NCBI GenBank assembly: GCA_033763315.1 | Contig: JANRKS010000036.1 | Location: forward strand, 1 to 64,000 | Source: Deltaproteobacteria bacterium | GTDB lineage: Bacteria; Myxococcota_A; Polyangia; Fen-1088 | DNA length: 64,000 bases | Direction of reading: 5' to 3' | Program-made: the position numbers and the translations under genes | Shown: positions 59,271 to 64,000 of the stretch, piece by piece | Layout of the letters: every line of letters begins with the position of its first letter | Numbering within the stretch: the first letter of the stretch is position 1 | The notes under the pieces: model-generated | The model's database searches: none | What the model was told of the DNA's origin: nothing | The model's input: the letters and a program-made list of their open reading frames with translations, nothing else

Positions 59271-59558
59271 TCGAAGGCGCCCCGCCAGACGGCTACCAGT
59301 GCATCTAGCAGGCCATCCCGGCCGCCGCCGGGTGAATCGAGGAGGCAGATTAGGCCTACGCGTTAAGGCCAATCGACCAACGCGCGTAAGCACTCCTCGT
59401 AAGGGCTCCCCTTGATGCCTTCATCTTGACCAAACAGAAAGAACCTGTGCTTCGGCACTTCCTGCAATCTGGGGTACCTCTTTCCAAATTGTTCTACAAA
59501 ATGGAATTACCGACTCCATTTTGCGACGACCCAGCAGCGCACTGCGCCACGACCACGC

Positions 59559-60104
59559 CTAGCCCGGCAACAAGGCGTGGCGGGTTACGGCGCCTGTGAC
59601 GCTGTGATCCTTGACCGTGACATAGAGCTCGCCGCTGGTACGCACCAGCACCCATTTGCAGTTGCGGTCCGTCACTGCGTCAAGCTCGTCTAGAAAGGCG
59701 CCATCGAACGCAAACACCTCAATGCTTTCGGCTTTGTGTACGCGCTCCCCGGCAACGGCCTTTTGCAAAGTCGCGGGATCGTGTTGCGTGAACACAACGA
59801 CGCGCGGTGAAGCTTTGCTTGCTTTGTGCAAACGCTCAGCAGAGGGCGCGCCAACTTCGATCCAACAGCGCAGGTTGCCTTGCAGGTCTTTGATCCACAA
59901 CGCTGGTTCATCTGTCGTCGAAAGGCCCTTCGAGAACGCGATGCCGTCCTCGTAGCTTAGGCAGTAAGCGAGCACGCGTGTTAGCAGGAACCGCATGGTT
60001 TCTGAGGGATGACGCGCAAGCCGCAAATCAAGAGCTTCGTAAACGTTCCGGTCCACGTCCGATAGATCGATTTGCAGGTGATAGACCGTTGCGCCCAAAG
60101 CCAT
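59559..60104 (-). CDS. yaeQ: YaeQ family protein
   Basis: MALGATVY...LSDVDR, ARHPSET, KGLSTTDEPALW, WIEVGAP. Confidence 0.92.
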   Translation of the reverse strand: MALGATVYHLQIDLSDVDRNVYEALDLRLARHPSETMRFLLTRVLAYCLSYEDGIAFSKGLSTTDEPALWIKDLQGNLRCWIEVGAPSAERLHKASKASPRVVVFTQHDPATLQKAVAGERVHKAESIEVFAFDGAFLDELDAVTDRNCKWVLVRTSGELYVTVKDHSVTGAVTRHALLPG

Positions 60105-60296
60105 ACGCGCACCTTAGGGCAAAAGCGCACCTGCAGCCATGCCCTCTTGTTCCTGTGGACGTAACGAAAACAAATAGGCCGCTTTGCGCGGTTCACCCAT
60201 CTCGAACGGCGTTTGACGAGGTGCGCTTGTGGCTGTTAGCGCCAGCAGCCTGCCTGGCTATAGGCACAACCGCGTACAGCCGATGTACCAAGGGAG

Positions 60297-61703
60297 ATGT
60301 CCCCTGAGGACGAGATGGTCACGACGCTTGAGATCCCCGCCGGCACATCGCCGTCGGGGCGTGCGCCCTATCGGACCCCAACCCCCGAGGAAGAGGATGA
60401 TGACGGCACCCTGCCCCCGGGGAGCGCGGCCGGCAATTGGATCATCGACTTTCTATTGACCAAAGGGGGTGGCGGCCAGATTTACCAGGCGCACCACGCT
60501 CAACTGCAACGCGTGGTGGCGGTTAAAGTCTTGTTGAAGTCGTTAGCGAACCACCCGGAAACTGTGAAGCGGTTTCTACAAGAGGCCGTTTCAGTGAACA
60601 TGATCCGCCATCCTTCGATCGTCGACGTGTTCGACGTGGGCACCTTGAATGATGGCCGCCCCTACCTTGTGATGGAGTTGCTGCAAGGTGAGACCTTGCA
60701 ACAAACCATCCGCCGCAAAGGCCGGCTGCGCGGAGAAGAGGCCGCGCAGATTCTTGAACCGCTGTGCGATGCGCTTCATGCGGCGCACACTGCCGGATTT
60801 GTTCATCGGGATGTGAAAGCCGCCAACGTTCACGTGGGTGAGCGCAACGGAAAGCTGCGCGTCACGCTGCTTGATTTTGGCATCGCCAAAGCGTTGCGTG
60901 TCGATGCACCTGGCGCCGGTATGACTGCGCGAGGCACGCGCTTGGGTTCGGTGACGTCAATGGCACCCGAGCAAGTGCAGGGCAAGACGATCTCGCCAAG
61001 CACCGATGTCTATGCGTTAGGCGCTTTGTTGTTTCGTATGCTCACCGGAGGGCACCCATTTTCAGCTCAAAGCATCTCAGAGCTTGAACGCATGCACTTA
61101 GAAGCCAGCGTGCCCAACGTGTCCGACTATGCGCCCGTCAGCCGCGATTGGAACATCATCATAAAAACGGCGATGGCCAAAAAGCCGGCCGACCGCTATC
61201 AAAGCACTGTGGCCTTTATGGCGGCCGTCCAGCGCGCGGCGGCTCCGATGGATGCCGCCGGCACCACAAGATCAGAGGTGCAGGCCTTGGGTGTTTTGGT
61301 GACCATTGAGGCCGACGCCAATCACGGCGATGAAGGCCTGGCGGCGGTGATGAGCGCGCTTGACGATGTGGAACAATTGCTGGAGGAAGCGCACTTTCCG
61401 TTCGTACGCGTCGTGGGGTCGTCCATCTTGGGAGTGCGTCCGCTAGAGCCAAGCAGCACAAAAGCGCAAGCGTGTAGTGACGCCGTGTCGATGGTGCGCG
61501 CGCTCATCCACGATCTTGAACACCAAGCGCCGCGATCGTTCTCCGTGCGCGCGGCCTTGCATCTCGATTCGGTGGCGCTTTCGAAAGCTGAGCCGCCGCA
61601 GCTCGTGGGTGGCGCGCTGCTTGAGGTGCAGGATTGGATGCCCCCGAGCGAGGAAGGGCATCTGTGGGTGAGTGATGAAGTGCGGCGCGAACTGAACGCC
61701 TAA
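60297..61703 (+). CDS. Hanks-type Ser/Thr kinase with a degenerate cyclase-like C-terminal domain
   Basis: VAVKVL, HRDVKAAN, DFGIAK, MAPEQ, DVYALG. Confidence 0.9.
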   Translation: MSPEDEMVTTLEIPAGTSPSGRAPYRTPTPEEEDDDGTLPPGSAAGNWIIDFLLTKGGGGQIYQAHHAQLQRVVAVKVLLKSLANHPETVKRFLQEAVSVNMIRHPSIVDVFDVGTLNDGRPYLVMELLQGETLQQTIRRKGRLRGEEAAQILEPLCDALHAAHTAGFVHRDVKAANVHVGERNGKLRVTLLDFGIAKALRVDAPGAGMTARGTRLGSVTSMAPEQVQGKTISPSTDVYALGALLFRMLTGGHPFSAQSISELERMHLEASVPNVSDYAPVSRDWNIIIKTAMAKKPADRYQSTVAFMAAVQRAAAPMDAAGTTRSEVQALGVLVTIEADANHGDEGLAAVMSALDDVEQLLEEAHFPFVRVVGSSILGVRPLEPSSTKAQACSDAVSMVRALIHDLEHQAPRSFSVRAALHLDSVALSKAEPPQLVGGALLEVQDWMPPSEEGHLWVSDEVRRELNA

Positions 61704-62158
61704 GGTTTCAGCTCTTCACAGCGAGCCATGCGGCCCACGGGTGCGCCCGCGACGAAGCGGCCGAAACGATATTCGCCCTTGGCGGTGATGCCGCCCTCTT
61801 CCGTGTATTGCGTCCATTTGCCGGCCTTCTCGCCGCCGCGGTAAACGCCCTCGATCCAGACTTTGCCATTGGGGTACCAGGCCATGTAGGAGCCTTCAGC
61901 GCTACCGTTGCTGAAACTACACGACTGGCGACGCCCCTTACCCTCGGCCTGCAGCTCAAACCATTGCGCATGCTTTGCATCTTCGCTTTGGCACCACACT
62001 TCGTTTTGTGAGGATTTTGCAGCCACTTTGCGCATGCCTTCAGGGCAATGCTTGGGGCCGCCACAGCCGATGGCCAACAACGCCACGGCCACGCAAGAAA
62101 AAACGCGACTTGGGTGTAACAAACAAGAAGTGCGCGACATCGGGTTCATGCCAAGCAT
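61700..62158 (-). CDS. MORN-variant (YwqK-like) repeat lipoprotein
   Basis: LAIGC; [30 protein letters not shown]. Start uncertain. Confidence 0.75.
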   Translation of the reverse strand: MLGMNPMSRTSCLLHPSRVFSCVAVALLAIGCGGPKHCPEGMRKVAAKSSQNEVWCQSEDAKHAQWFELQAEGKGRRQSCSFSNGSAEGSYMAWYPNGKVWIEGVYRGGEKAGKWTQYTEEGGITAKGEYRFGRFVAGAPVGRMARCEELKP

Positions 62159-62203
62159 CGGCAGGCCTCCACCCGAACTTTAGAACATGGTAGCTTTCCC
62201 TCC

Positions 62204-63277
62204 ATGACGACTTCCCCACTTGACAGCATTGTTGAACTTTTGGGCAAGGACGCTCAGGCTTTGCTTGACCACAAAGCCAAGGTGCCCAAAGAAGCCTTGA
62301 CCCTTCCGGGGCCCGACTTTGTTGATCGCGTTCTGACACATTCCGATCGAAGGCCCGGAACGCTTGGAAACTTCCAACGCATCTTGAACAGCGGGCGCCT
62401 TGGCGGCACCGGGTACCTTTCGATCCTGCCCGTGGATCAAGGCATCGAACATTCAGGCGCCGCATCGTTCGCGCCCAATCCGGAAATGTTCGACCCTGAA
62501 AACATCATCAAGTTGGCCATTGAGGGCGGATGCAACTGTGTGTGCAGCACATTTGGTGTGCTCGGCATGATGGCGCGCAAATATGCGCACAAGATCCCGT
62601 TTATGGTGAAGCTAAACCATAACGAAATATTCTCGTATCCCAACATCTACGACGAGACGATGTTCGGGAATGTGAAGCAAGCCTGGAACATGGGCGCGGT
62701 TGCGGTGGGTGCCACGGTTTACTGGGGTTCAGCCGAATCGCGGCGCCAGTTGCAAGAGGTGTCCGAAGCCTTTGCGCAAGCTCATGAGCTGGGCATGGTG
62801 ACGGTGCTGTGGTGTTACACGCGCAACAAGGCCTTCAAAACGGACAAGGCCGATTACCACACGGCCGCTGATTTCACGGGCCAAGCCAATCATTTGGGCG
62901 TGACCATCCAAGCTGACATCATCAAACAAAAGGCGCCCACGAACAACGGTGGCTACAACGATCCGGCGCTCAAGGGATTTGGCAAAACCCATCCGAAGGT
63001 CTATTCGGAACTGACCACCGATAACCCGATCGATCTCACGCGTTATCAGTTGATGAATTGCTACATGGGTCGCGCCGGCTTGATCAATTCAGGGGGTGAA
63101 TCCAAAGGCGACAGCGACTTGGCCGAAGCGGTTCATACGGCCGTGGTCAACAAGCGTGCGGGCGGCATGGGTCTCATTTTGGGGCGCAAGGCTTTTCAAC
63201 GTCCCATGCGCGACGGTGTGAAGCTGCTCAACGCGGTTCAAGACGTTTATTTGAACGCGGCCGTCACGATCGCCTAG
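62204..63277 (+). CDS. fbaB: Class I fructose-bisphosphate aldolase
   Basis: [45 protein letters not shown]. Confidence 0.95.
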   Translation: MTTSPLDSIVELLGKDAQALLDHKAKVPKEALTLPGPDFVDRVLTHSDRRPGTLGNFQRILNSGRLGGTGYLSILPVDQGIEHSGAASFAPNPEMFDPENIIKLAIEGGCNCVCSTFGVLGMMARKYAHKIPFMVKLNHNEIFSYPNIYDETMFGNVKQAWNMGAVAVGATVYWGSAESRRQLQEVSEAFAQAHELGMVTVLWCYTRNKAFKTDKADYHTAADFTGQANHLGVTIQADIIKQKAPTNNGGYNDPALKGFGKTHPKVYSELTTDNPIDLTRYQLMNCYMGRAGLINSGGESKGDSDLAEAVHTAVVNKRAGGMGLILGRKAFQRPMRDGVKLLNAVQDVYLNAAVTIA

Positions 63278-63279
63278 CC

Positions 63280-64000
63280 ATGACCACACCTTCCGCAGCC
63301 CCGTTCACAGTCGGCGTCTATGACACCAAGCCTTATGACCAGGAGGCACTTGTGAACGCAGCTGCCCCAGGCACATTGGCGTTCCGCTTCTTCGACTTCC
63401 GCCTGTCTTCGGCCACAGCTTCGTCCGCCGCAGGCTGTGAAGCCGTTTGCGTGTTCGTCAACGATAAGGTCGATGCGGATTGTTTACGCATCCTCGTCTC
63501 AGCGGGGGTGCGCCTCATCGCGCTTCGCTGCGCGGGCTTCAACAACGTGGATGTAGCAACTGCCAAGCAGCTTGGGTTGACCGTGGTCAGGGTGCCGGCT
63601 TATTCACCGGAAGCCGTGGCCGAGCATGCGTTGGCGTTGCTGCTCACGTTGAACCGCCACACCCACCGTGCTTTTAACCGCGTGCGGGATCTGAATTTCT
63701 CCTTGCACGGCCTTGTGGGTTCCAACATTCACGGCAAGACAGTTGGCATTGTGGGCACGGGCCGGATCGGTCGCGCAACCGCGCGCATTTTCGCTGGATT
63801 TGGCGTGCGCCTCATCGGGTACGACGTTGAGCCCGACGTCACTTGGTCCGGCACGTGCGGCCTCACTTATCTCCCGCTTCCCGACTTACTCGCCACATGC
63901 GACATTATCAGCTTGCACGTTCCCCTCACACCGCAGTCCAAACACCTCATCAATGCCGAACGGTTGGCGCAAATGAAGCGCGGTGTGTTTCTCATCAACA
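63280..64000 (+). CDS. ldhA: D-lactate/D-2-hydroxyacid dehydrogenase, truncated by the window end
   Basis: Hand translation: CVFVND, ALRCAGFNNVD, RVPAYSPEAVAEHA, GKTVGIVGTGRIG, DIISLHVPL. Confidence 0.9.
   Translation, partial: MTTPSAAPFTVGVYDTKPYDQEALVNAAAPGTLAFRFFDFRLSSATASSAAGCEAVCVFVNDKVDADCLRILVSAGVRLIALRCAGFNNVDVATAKQLGLTVVRVPAYSPEAVAEHALALLLTLNRHTHRAFNRVRDLNFSLHGLVGSNIHGKTVGIVGTGRIGRATARIFAGFGVRLIGYDVEPDVTWSGTCGLTYLPLPDLLATCDIISLHVPLTPQSKHLINAERLAQMKRGVFLIN

Noticed and set aside
61700-62158. YwqK-like antitoxin of a toxin-antitoxin pair
   Set aside because: MORN-variant repeats are generic, and no toxin gene is adjacent.

Overview
GC-rich bacterial DNA whose gene content (DUF2378, PEGA, DUF1592/DUF1552, Cys-rich lipoproteins, Hanks kinase, ECF/anti-sigma) points to a myxobacterium (Myxococcota, Polyangia-like). 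I see about 52 real CDSs; most ORFs in the six-frame track are antisense shadows. The core-like blocks are surA/ppiC, typA, phoR-phoU, a glycogen cluster (glgP <- glgC-glgA::DUF4912-GH57), an RND pump, yaeQ, fbaB and ldhA. The strongest candidate for an undescribed system is at 5.0-13.3 kb: a plant-type GRAS-domain gene is divergent from a LuxR regulator, followed by a translationally coupled operon DUF2378 - ThDP enzyme - non-canonical KAS III (catalytic His lost) - soluble hybrid kinase - LuxR regulator. This layout suggests a locus that makes and senses a small-molecule signal (acyloin/butenolide type). Other highlights: a Tlde1/YkuD-like toxin with a candidate immunity gene, an RGPP arrest-peptide-like uORF ahead of the RND operon, an orphan sctK-like/sctL/sctN trio, a catalytically dead GH16 in an ECF operon, a frameshifted DUF1552 gene, a CX4CH cytochrome and a poly-HAMP kinase with 276-bp repeats. 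All family calls come from recognising motifs by eye, not from database searches. I found no rRNA, tRNA, CRISPR array or transposase.
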